This document shows positions 19,478-28,129 of a stretch of 64,000 nucleotides of DNA, in pieces; the first letter of the stretch is position 1; the number at the start of each line of letters is the position of its first letter. A program made the position numbers and the translations under genes. The stretch lies in IMG/VR virus record IMGVR_UViG_3300047160_004333, positions 4,097 to 68,096 of that record. One strand, given 5' to 3'. Source of the stretch: a virus. Taxonomy: Duplodnaviria; Caudoviricetes. Under the pieces are notes generated by a model. That model saw nothing but the letters and a program-made list of their open reading frames with translations. It was not told where the DNA came from and did not search any database.

Positions 19478-20128
19478 ATGGGAAGTTTTGCACCGCATGG
19501 CCATGCGCGGATCGATCCGCATCATCCAAGGGCGCTAGGATTTTGCGACCTGTGCGGCTTTATGTACGTACATTCCGATTTGAGATGGGAGGTTCAATGG
19601 AAAGGCAACAAGATCCAGAAGACCGGCTTCCTGGTCTGCCCGACATGTTTCGACATGCCGAATCCGACGTTGCGGCCCAAGGTGCTGCCGCCCGATCCGG
19701 TCCCGATCCTCAATGCGCGCTCGAACGATGCTCGGCCGGGCGATCTTTATACCGAGGGCGACAGCGATGCGCTCGTCACCGAGAGCGGCAACACGCCGTA
19801 CCTGGTCGACTTCGCCGACCTTGTCGCCGAGAACGGCAATCTGTTCGTCAGCGAGGACAACACCTTCGTGCTTACCGCGCCGGTCCTGCATGTGGATCAG
19901 TTCGGGTACTACACCATGATGACCGAGACCGGCTTCATCGACGTATTCCCGCGCGACGTCCTCGCCGAGGACACGACCATCATGGAGATGGAGCAGGACA
20001 CCTCGGGAGCGATCTTCGTCGAGCCTGTGGGTACCGACCTGCTGACCGAGACCGCGCTGCCTGTGGAGCTTGAGCCCGGTAGCTCGGTCGGCACCGGGGA
20101 TATGAGCACAGAAACCGAAAGCGACTGA
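19478..20128 (+). CDS. CxxC...CxxC protein with acidic LxxE(S/N/T/D)G-type repeat tail
   Basis: CDLC and CPTC; repeats LVTESG, LVAENG, MMTETG, LLTETA. Confidence 0.7.
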   Translation: MGSFAPHGHARIDPHHPRALGFCDLCGFMYVHSDLRWEVQWKGNKIQKTGFLVCPTCFDMPNPTLRPKVLPPDPVPILNARSNDARPGDLYTEGDSDALVTESGNTPYLVDFADLVAENGNLFVSEDNTFVLTAPVLHVDQFGYYTMMTETGFIDVFPRDVLAEDTTIMEMEQDTSGAIFVEPVGTDLLTETALPVELEPGSSVGTGDMSTETESD

Positions 20129-20129
20129 G

Positions 20130-22391
20130 ATGCCGAATATCAAAATCAGCCAGCTTCCCGGCGGCGTGACGCCGCTCTCCGGGACCGAGATGGTACCGCT
20201 GGTGCAGAACGGCACGACGGTGCGCGTGCCCGCAAGCGCGCTCGGCACCGGCGGCGGTGTCCCCGGCGCAGGCGTCTCGTCGCTGAACACCTTGACCGGC
20301 GCGCTGACCCTTGCTGCCGGTGCCAACATCACGGTGACGTCGAGCGGCAGCACCATCACCATCGCAGGAACCGGCGGTGGCGGTGGCGGCGGCCTGACGG
20401 TTGGCAGCACGACCATCGCTGGCGGCGTATCCGGCAACTTCCTGTACGACACCTCGGGCGTGTTGGGCGAACTCACGCCGACGGCGGCAACGGCAGCACT
20501 GAATACATTTACCTCGGCGTTGAAGGGCCTGGTGCCGTTGTCGGGCGGCGGTACTGCAAACTTCCTGCGTGCGGACGGCATCTGGGCCGCACCTCCGGGA
20601 GGCGGCGGCGGCGGCGCGCCCGGCGGGGCAACCGGCAACCTGCAGTACAACAACAGCGGAGCCTTTGGTGGTGGCACCGGCACGACCTGGACCGACTCGG
20701 CCGGGTCACTGGCGATCCCAGGCCAGATGTCGGCGGGTGCTTTTGCGCTCAATGCAACCGGCGTCAATGCCCAGGTCGGAACGACCTACACGCTGACGGC
20801 GGCCGACAACGGCAAGCTCATTACGCTGAACAATACTTCTGCGATCACGCTGACGTGCCCGAGCGGCCTCGGCGCGGCGTTCTCGTGCAGCGTGCTGCAA
20901 CTCGGTACCGGAACCGTCACGGCATCGGCGGGGGCCGGGGCTTCGTTGCTCGCACTCGGTAGCTCGTTCTCATTCTCCGGTCAGGGTGCGATGGCAACCT
21001 TGGTTGCCCCGACCGCGAATGCTTTCGTGATTGCGGGCCAGCTGCAGACCACCGGCGGCGCTGGCGTCACCTCGCTCAATGCGCTGACCGGCGCGCTCTC
21101 GATTGTCGCTGGCACCAACGTCACCGTCACGCCAAGCGGCACCAATATCACCATCGCCAGCACAGGCGGTGGCGTGCCGAGCGCCCCCGGAAACTCGGTG
21201 CAGTTCAACAACGGTGGGGCGTTCGGCGGTTCCGCCAACCTCACTTGGACGTCACCGACGCTGACGATCGGTAGCTCGGGAGCCACCACCGGCTTGCTGG
21301 TGATGGCTGGTGGGACCAGCGGTATAGCAACGATCACCCCACAGGCGGTGGCGGGCTCGGCAACGCTGACCTTGCCCAATACCAGCGGCACCTTTGCGGC
21401 GAGCGGCACCGCGCCGGTCGCGGTGAGCGCAACGACGGGCGCGATCTCGGTGGCGGCTGCAACGGCGACCGCTACAGGTCTGGTGCCGACCCCGCCCAAC
21501 AATACGACCACGTTCCTGCGCGGCGATGCAACGTGGGCAACACCAGCAGCGGGCGGCGGCGCTCCCGGTGGTGCATCGCTGACGGTACAATACAACAACG
21601 CCGGTGCCTTCGGTGGCATGACTGGGACGGCGTGGACTGATTCAACTCATTCGTTGGCAATTACCGCAGCGGCACATGCTGGCTCGAACATCACGTTCCA
21701 AACGCTGCCGGATACCGGCACGGCATCTAGCTTCCAGATTGCTGATAATGGTTCAGTGACAATCAACGGCGATAACGCATCTGCCACGCATCCGCTGCGA
21801 ATACAGAACAGCGGCTCAACCCTTTTTGATTTTACTGGCACTGGTACGTTTGGGCTAGTTGGCGGCGCTGCGATCATAAACTTTAGTAGTGGATTGGCCC
21901 TTCTCGGTGCTGTAGCGCTGAACGTTTTAGTCGTCGGTAATGGCACGAACAGCGGTTACATCCAGCAGATCGGCCAGGTTCGTCTCACCGCCGACGTCAG
22001 CGTCTCGAACTCAACACTGGTCACTGTTTTTTCCATCAACTTGGCGGCTGGACGCAAGTACAGCTTTCGTACCGTATTGCTCTGTTCGACCGGCGCTACG
22101 CTCGGTGGCGTCAAGGTTGCTCTTGGCGGAACAGCGACGATTACAAATCTAATTGCTGATGGATACGGAATTGATGGCACGACCGTCATTGCCGGTACTC
22201 AAGTCAATGCGCTTGCAACAAATATCATCGCCAATACCAACACAGGCACCACACCAAAACTTTATATCGATGGCACCTTCGAAGTGAACGCAGCCGGGAC
22301 GGTCCTGATTCAATTCGCACAAAATGTTACGAATGCCACGGCGTCCATCGTGAAACGTGGCAGCTTTATCTGGCTGCAGGATATGTCATGA
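20130..22391 (+). CDS. Modular Gly/Thr/Ala-rich tail fibre
   Basis: Repeats GVxSLNxLTGAL x2, Q[YF]NNxGAFGG x3, FLRxDxxW x2. Confidence 0.8.
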   Translation: MPNIKISQLPGGVTPLSGTEMVPLVQNGTTVRVPASALGTGGGVPGAGVSSLNTLTGALTLAAGANITVTSSGSTITIAGTGGGGGGGLTVGSTTIAGGVSGNFLYDTSGVLGELTPTAATAALNTFTSALKGLVPLSGGGTANFLRADGIWAAPPGGGGGGAPGGATGNLQYNNSGAFGGGTGTTWTDSAGSLAIPGQMSAGAFALNATGVNAQVGTTYTLTAADNGKLITLNNTSAITLTCPSGLGAAFSCSVLQLGTGTVTASAGAGASLLALGSSFSFSGQGAMATLVAPTANAFVIAGQLQTTGGAGVTSLNALTGALSIVAGTNVTVTPSGTNITIASTGGGVPSAPGNSVQFNNGGAFGGSANLTWTSPTLTIGSSGATTGLLVMAGGTSGIATITPQAVAGSATLTLPNTSGTFAASGTAPVAVSATTGAISVAAATATATGLVPTPPNNTTTFLRGDATWATPAAGGGAPGGASLTVQYNNAGAFGGMTGTAWTDSTHSLAITAAAHAGSNITFQTLPDTGTASSFQIADNGSVTINGDNASATHPLRIQNSGSTLFDFTGTGTFGLVGGAAIINFSSGLALLGAVALNVLVVGNGTNSGYIQQIGQVRLTADVSVSNSTLVTVFSINLAAGRKYSFRTVLLCSTGATLGGVKVALGGTATITNLIADGYGIDGTTVIAGTQVNALATNIIANTNTGTTPKLYIDGTFEVNAAGTVLIQFAQNVTNATASIVKRGSFIWLQDMS

Positions 22392-25198
22392 TCCCCGTAT
22401 TATCTACGGCGTTCAGAGGCATTCCCCCTCCTCCTGTTACGCCCAGCTTTGGTGCGACCGCCGACCGCATCAATTGCTTGAAGCCGCTCAAGATCAGCTA
22501 CCCGACCATCGCGGGCAGTGTGGCGCAGACCGACGCAGCCGCGAACTACATCAATCAGTGGAACGCGGGCGACCCCAGCCAGGATGGCTTCCCGGCCGGA
22601 ACGGGACCGGCCTATGTGTCCTTCAGCGCGCCGGTCGCTGGTCCCGGCGGCGGGCCGACAGCCTACCAGATGATCGAGGTCAAGGATGACATCGTCCCGG
22701 CCTATAATCCCAAACCGGCACCGTGGGCACTCACCGGTTTCGACTCGAAGTGGACCGATTTCTGGACTAATGCCGTCTGCGTGGTGCCGTGCTGGGAGGG
22801 CTCTGGCTCGCCGCATTACTACACCGCTGGCGGTGTTCTCGGCCCGGCGCTGACCCAAGTCGGCACTTCTACTTGGGGCGCCGTCGACGGCTCCAGCCTG
22901 CATTTCGCAACCGGCGCGAACGACTGGAGGATCGTCCCGACCGGCCCGGTCGATTTCTTTCCAACAACGCATGCCACGTTTCTGATGGTACGCAAGCTCG
23001 GTGGGACACCGAATCCAGGCCCAGGTAGTCCAAATTGGGGCTTCGGTATGCAGGCCAATACCGGCGCCGGGCAGATCTATTTCTCCTACGGTATTTCCGT
23101 GGTTGCCAACCTCATGACCTGTGGTTGGTCTGGAGCCAATGTCGCGAACGTGGCTTCTTGGCCGTTCACGACCACCGATGTCGAAATCGTGGCGATGGTT
23201 GTCGGCACTACTCAAGGCTGCTCGGTCTATCGCAAGGTGGCCTCATCGCCAGTTCAGGGCGTGACTATGGTTCTCAATAGCGGCACTCCTGGCACCAGAA
23301 CCCAGGTTAACGATCAGTTCGGCCTGACGATGTCCTACCAGGCAACCGGATGCATCCAGCAGGATGTGATATTTTTCGCTTGTCTGGGTGAGGAATGGAC
23401 GCAGACCCAGGTTCTAACCTGGATGAACGACCCTTATGCCCCGATCCGCACTGACGGCGGTAATCCAGTTCCGCATCTCGGTAAGCCATCTCCGCATTAT
23501 GCCATCTGCGGGTCTAATCGCATCATGCGGAACGACAAGCTCGTCCTGCGGTTTGCCACCTTTGCACATGCATCCTCGACCAGGGGAAGGTTCAAGCTGG
23601 AGGTATCGAACGGCCCGAGCACCTATATCAGTGCGCGGCAAACCGGGGTCACTGTCATTTTTGATATCGCAGGCGGCCAGGCCACAACGCCGGTCTTGTT
23701 TGGCGGCACCCTGACTGGCGGCTCACCAACTCCCGTTGCCGCCAACTTCACGGCGGGCGCTGCACATATTACCGCAGTGACTGGTTTCCCCGGCTGGTAC
23801 TACTGCACGCTCGATTTCACCACCAATACCGGCTACAACGGCACCAATGGTGGGGTGATCTGCTATCTGACCATCGATAACGGCACGGGAACCGGCGCAG
23901 AAAGCACGGTGTATGCCGCCCCCGGTGGCGATTTCATCACCCTGTGGCAAACGAGATTGTTGCCGTATAACGCATTTGCTCTCAACAACGCCGTGCTGTT
24001 TGACGATTTCCTTTCGACTAGCACTATGTTTCTCCATCCTGGCACGGGCACGTTTCCTCCGGTATGTCCAGCGGGCTTCAATTGGTATAATGTTTGGCAT
24101 TGGCCAGCCAATAAAGACTATCCGGGTTACAATCCCCCCAATCCAATGCTTGGTACTATCGTTCAAGACCCGAGCACCTTTACAATATCCGGTTCGGTCT
24201 TGAAGATTGTCAACATGCCGCCCCCAACGAATGCCGGTTTGGGGCTCGTATCATTTGGCTGGAATGATGCCGGTGGTGGCTCACCGGATACCGGGGGGCA
24301 ATATCCCTTCCCAGGCGGCTGCGTCGGCAACTTCTTTCATCCCCCGGCGTACTTCGAACTCAAGGCGAGTTTCCCGGATTTGCCAACGGCACCCGCGAAC
24401 GGCATTCCGGCGTGGTGGGTGGTGGCAGTCGAGAACTACCTGCAACACGATTGGTTCAATCCCACCACGTCCGATGCTAGTTCAAACTGGGGCGTCGGCT
24501 CGGTTCCGCCCGGCGGTGGTGCTGCGCTGGTCGAGCAATTCGCGCCGCAAGTGAATGCCGCAGTACCCATCGGGGGAACCGTGCTGCCCTTCAATTATGT
24601 TCCGACATTCTTCCGCAAGCCGGGCATGCGGATCTACGCCAGCAATGGTGCCATTCCAGCCAACACTCGCGTTGCCTCGTTCACGACTACCAGCATCACC
24701 CTCGACACGCCGGTTGCTTCTCCAGGGATACCAATCAATCATCCCATCCACATTACCTGGTACGTGGAGGACGATTTTTTCGAGCTATCGGGTGCCACTT
24801 CCACAGATCCCAGTGTGGCGCATTTCGTTTATCAGACCTTGATCGACATACCAGGGACCTTCGAGGCACAGGCCCAACCATCCGGTCCCACCAACAACTT
24901 CGGCAACGGCACCGTTTTCCATCTGCACCAGCATCTTTGGTTGTCCGAGGTTGCGGGTGTCCAGTACGGCATTCAGATGGCGTTCTACGACGGCATGTTC
25001 TGGGACAACACCGGGGGCACCATCGGCGGCACCACCACGAAGACCTACGGAGCTAACATCAATGGTAGCTCGTTTACGGGCGCGACCGGAGCTTTCACCA
25101 TCGCCGACGTGCCGGGTGCCAACCACTTCGTCATGTGGATCACCGGCAACCTCAATTGGCCGCTTTTCATCGACTGGGTTAGAGTCCTGGGACCATGA
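22388..25198 (+). CDS. 936-aa beta-sandwich/lectin-like putative receptor-binding or depolymerase protein
   Basis: ATGA-coupled to the fibre; W/F/Y/N/T-rich; AYFELKASFP..PAWW region resembles a ConA-like/GH16 fold (inference). Confidence 0.55.
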   Translation: MIPVLSTAFRGIPPPPVTPSFGATADRINCLKPLKISYPTIAGSVAQTDAAANYINQWNAGDPSQDGFPAGTGPAYVSFSAPVAGPGGGPTAYQMIEVKDDIVPAYNPKPAPWALTGFDSKWTDFWTNAVCVVPCWEGSGSPHYYTAGGVLGPALTQVGTSTWGAVDGSSLHFATGANDWRIVPTGPVDFFPTTHATFLMVRKLGGTPNPGPGSPNWGFGMQANTGAGQIYFSYGISVVANLMTCGWSGANVANVASWPFTTTDVEIVAMVVGTTQGCSVYRKVASSPVQGVTMVLNSGTPGTRTQVNDQFGLTMSYQATGCIQQDVIFFACLGEEWTQTQVLTWMNDPYAPIRTDGGNPVPHLGKPSPHYAICGSNRIMRNDKLVLRFATFAHASSTRGRFKLEVSNGPSTYISARQTGVTVIFDIAGGQATTPVLFGGTLTGGSPTPVAANFTAGAAHITAVTGFPGWYYCTLDFTTNTGYNGTNGGVICYLTIDNGTGTGAESTVYAAPGGDFITLWQTRLLPYNAFALNNAVLFDDFLSTSTMFLHPGTGTFPPVCPAGFNWYNVWHWPANKDYPGYNPPNPMLGTIVQDPSTFTISGSVLKIVNMPPPTNAGLGLVSFGWNDAGGGSPDTGGQYPFPGGCVGNFFHPPAYFELKASFPDLPTAPANGIPAWWVVAVENYLQHDWFNPTTSDASSNWGVGSVPPGGGAALVEQFAPQVNAAVPIGGTVLPFNYVPTFFRKPGMRIYASNGAIPANTRVASFTTTSITLDTPVASPGIPINHPIHITWYVEDDFFELSGATSTDPSVAHFVYQTLIDIPGTFEAQAQPSGPTNNFGNGTVFHLHQHLWLSEVAGVQYGIQMAFYDGMFWDNTGGTIGGTTTKTYGANINGSSFTGATGAFTIADVPGANHFVMWITGNLNWPLFIDWVRVLGP

Positions 25199-25204
25199 GT
25201 CGAT

Positions 25205-26908
25205 ATGACGCGAACGCTCAAGAACGAGGTCATTCGCACGCGTTATCTTCGCAAGGAGAACACCGTGTATCTCGGGCGCGACTTCGATCCCGCTGACCAG
25301 AGCGAGAACGAACCCTACCAGATCGATTTCGTTGACGACATCGGTCCCGTCGATACGATTACCGCAGCAGTCTGGACGCTGATTGTCGCGCCGGGGACAA
25401 ACGGCAACGATCCGACCCCCGCTATGCATCTTATGGGGCCGCCGACGCTCTACACACCGGCCGGGACCACGCGTCAGACGGCAACCCAGCAGCAGATCTC
25501 GGGGCTGTTGCCCGACGTGCTCTACAAGGTCGCCGCGACGGCGACGACGAGCGCTGGCAATACTGTAACCGGATATAGCTTTATCCTGGGGACGGCCATC
25601 GGTGTTACCAGCGTCGGCGGCGTCTCGTCGATCAACGGATTGTTCGGTGCGGTAACGCTCGCCAACAGCAATGGCATCACTGTTACCACGACACTGGGCA
25701 CGAACACCATCACCGTCGGTGCCGTACAGTTCTCGTCTACGGTGCAAGGCGATGTCCCGGCAAGCGGCGGCGGCACGGCGAACTTTCTCAGGGCGGACGG
25801 CTCGTGGGCGGTCCCGCCGTCGGCGTCGGGCGGCATCACCTCGCTCAACGGCCAGGGTGGCCCAGCCATCACCTTCGCCGCTGGCAACGGTCTGACGGTT
25901 ACGACACCGAGCGCCAATCATATCCAATACGCGGGTGCACTGTTCACCGGGACAACGGAAGGTGACGTACCGGCGAGCGGCGGCGGCACCACAAACTTCC
26001 TACGCGCAGATGGCAGCTGGACAGCACCGACGCTGCCGGGTGGCGTTGCCTCGCTCAATGCGCTCACTGGTGCGCTCACGCTCACAGCGGGCAGCGGTAT
26101 CACCGTCACGCCCAGCGGCAGCAGCATCGCAATTGCCGGGGGCCTGTTCGGTTCCGCAGCGCAAGGCAATGTTCCGGCGAGCGGCGGCGGCACCATAAAC
26201 TTCCTCAGAGCCGACGGTGTTTGGGCCGGGCCACCTGCTGCTGGCACCGCTGTGACCAAGATCATCCCGCGCATCTTCACGGCCAACACCACTTACACGC
26301 CCAGCGTGGGAATGCTCTATGCCATCATCGAATGTATCGGAGGAGGCGGCGGCGGCGGGGGGGCGATGGGCAACACGACCGCATCTGTGTTGTGCGGCGG
26401 CGGCGGTGGTGGTGGCGGATATTCACGCTCGATCCGCAGTGCGGCGGCCATTGGTGCCTCGCAGGCTGTGACCGTGGGTGCTGGGGGCAGCGCTGGTGCC
26501 TCGACACCCAGTGCTGGCAGTGCTGGCGGCACCACCTCGGTCGGTAGCCTTTGCGTGGCAAACGGAGGAGCGGGAGGCGCGGCTTCCTTGGTCTCTTCCA
26601 ACAGCGTTCCAGCAGCAGCAGCAGGCGGCGCGACAGGCAGCGGGGATGTCGTTGCCGCCGGTAATCCAGGCGGATGTGCATCCGCCATCCTCTCCCCCGG
26701 CTTGATCGCCACGGGCATCGGCGGTGCGAGCTTCTTTGGCGGCGGCGGCCCGATTTTGAACGCCGCAGTCGGGAATGTCGCTGCCGGTGGTCCTGGCTTG
26801 AACTACGGCGGCGGCGGCGGCGGCGGCGTTACCAACAACACGACCACCAATACCGGCGGGGGTGCGGGCGCTCCCGGCATCGTGGTAATCACCGAGTTCA
26901 CGACGTGA
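25205..26908 (+). CDS. Tail fibre with N-terminal adaptor domain and Gly-rich C-terminal domain
   Basis: DP...E.EPY.IDF..DTIT..VW N-terminus; G[DN]VPASGGGTxNFLRADGxW x3; IGGGGGGG C-terminal domain. Confidence 0.8.
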   Translation: MTRTLKNEVIRTRYLRKENTVYLGRDFDPADQSENEPYQIDFVDDIGPVDTITAAVWTLIVAPGTNGNDPTPAMHLMGPPTLYTPAGTTRQTATQQQISGLLPDVLYKVAATATTSAGNTVTGYSFILGTAIGVTSVGGVSSINGLFGAVTLANSNGITVTTTLGTNTITVGAVQFSSTVQGDVPASGGGTANFLRADGSWAVPPSASGGITSLNGQGGPAITFAAGNGLTVTTPSANHIQYAGALFTGTTEGDVPASGGGTTNFLRADGSWTAPTLPGGVASLNALTGALTLTAGSGITVTPSGSSIAIAGGLFGSAAQGNVPASGGGTINFLRADGVWAGPPAAGTAVTKIIPRIFTANTTYTPSVGMLYAIIECIGGGGGGGGAMGNTTASVLCGGGGGGGGYSRSIRSAAAIGASQAVTVGAGGSAGASTPSAGSAGGTTSVGSLCVANGGAGGAASLVSSNSVPAAAAGGATGSGDVVAAGNPGGCASAILSPGLIATGIGGASFFGGGGPILNAAVGNVAAGGPGLNYGGGGGGGVTNNTTTNTGGGAGAPGIVVITEFTT

Positions 26909-27408
26909 GCAAGTTACTGACCACAGAAAGGTTGAGGGAATTGCTGGAGTACAATCCAGATGCGGGGTTATTCACTTGGCGTGTAAGAAGGAAGCCTTGC
27001 ATCATTCCAGGGCAAATCGCTGGTACGCTTAACAAGGGACATGGCTATGTCATCGTTTGTATCGATGGTCGATTGTACAAAGCACACAGATTGGCCTGGT
27101 TTTACATGACTGAAACTTGGCCGAAGGCTGATATCGACCACATCAACATGATACGAGCCGATAATCGATGGAGTAACTTGCGAGAAGCAACTAGGGCACA
27201 GAATAAGACGAATGAGGCTAAGAGGACCAATAATACAAGTGGCTATAAGGGCGTGACGTGGAACAAGCGTGCGCAGAGATGGATCGCGCAACTCCAGTGC
27301 GATGGCAAGAAAATGCATTTAGGTCGTTTTGCTACCGCAGAGGACGCATACATTGCATATGTGATTGCTGCAAAAAAAGCCTTCGGTGAGTTTTTTAGAG
27401 GAGGCTAA
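26905..27408 (+). CDS. HNH homing endonuclease (HNH + AP2-like)
   Basis: GTGA overlap; LTTERLRELLEYNPDAG, AHRLAW, IDHINMIRADNRWSNLREAT, NTSGYKGV. Confidence 0.9.
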   Translation: MSKLLTTERLRELLEYNPDAGLFTWRVRRKPCIIPGQIAGTLNKGHGYVIVCIDGRLYKAHRLAWFYMTETWPKADIDHINMIRADNRWSNLREATRAQNKTNEAKRTNNTSGYKGVTWNKRAQRWIAQLQCDGKKMHLGRFATAEDAYIAYVIAAKKAFGEFFRGG

Positions 27409-27409
27409 T

Positions 27410-28126
27410 GTGGATTACACTGAGACTGTACTCGCTCTTAGCACACTTTTCGAAGTTCCTATCAGCCAGGAGGACGAGAACTTCGCCCGCATCCTGCCGC
27501 GCGCTTTCGAATATGCCAATAACCGCATCTATCGTGATCTGCGTCATCTCACGGCAACCGTGACGGTTTCCTCGACTGCCACGATAGGCAATCGCGAGAC
27601 GGCGCTGCCGTCGCAGATCATCGTGCTGCATGCGCTCGACGTGATCGGTATCACCGGAGCGCGCCGCAACCTGGAACGTATCAGCATCGAGGCGCTCAAC
27701 ATCTTTTGGCCCGACCCGACCTTCCAGCCCGGCCAGCCGCGCAAATATGCCATCATCGGCACCGGCCTGGAGGCCGATCCTTATCTCATCCGGCTGATGC
27801 CAACACCGGACCTTGCCTATGTCATCGAGTACACGGGGATCGTGCGTCCTGCGCCGCTGTCGCAAACCAACACCCAGACCTATCTCTCGGTGTTCTATCC
27901 TGATCTGCATGTGGTCGCTTGTGCCGTGTTCTTGTCCGGCTATCAACGCGACTTTGGTTTGATGAACGCACCACAGGGCGGCACCGGCTGGGAAGATCAA
28001 TATTCCAAGCTGGTGCAGAGTGCGCTCATCGAGAGCCGCCAACTGCATGCGGCATCCGACTGGTTCCTGCCGCCGGATCTGGTGCAGCCGCCGCCACCGT
28101 CGATGATGACGCGGTCGGGGCAATGA
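27410..28126 (+). CDS. Head-tail connector/adaptor-like protein
   Basis: GTG start with SD GAGGAGG; MDY..F..I.P....AN.RI, G.P.KYA, PTPD..Y. Confidence 0.65.
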   Translation: MDYTETVLALSTLFEVPISQEDENFARILPRAFEYANNRIYRDLRHLTATVTVSSTATIGNRETALPSQIIVLHALDVIGITGARRNLERISIEALNIFWPDPTFQPGQPRKYAIIGTGLEADPYLIRLMPTPDLAYVIEYTGIVRPAPLSQTNTQTYLSVFYPDLHVVACAVFLSGYQRDFGLMNAPQGGTGWEDQYSKLVQSALIESRQLHAASDWFLPPDLVQPPPPSMMTRSGQ

Positions 28127-28129
28127 GAC

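Noticed and set aside
20130-26908. Diversity-generating retroelement TR/VR pair among fibre repeats
   Set aside because: No reverse transcriptase in the window and no adenine-specific mismatch pattern noticed
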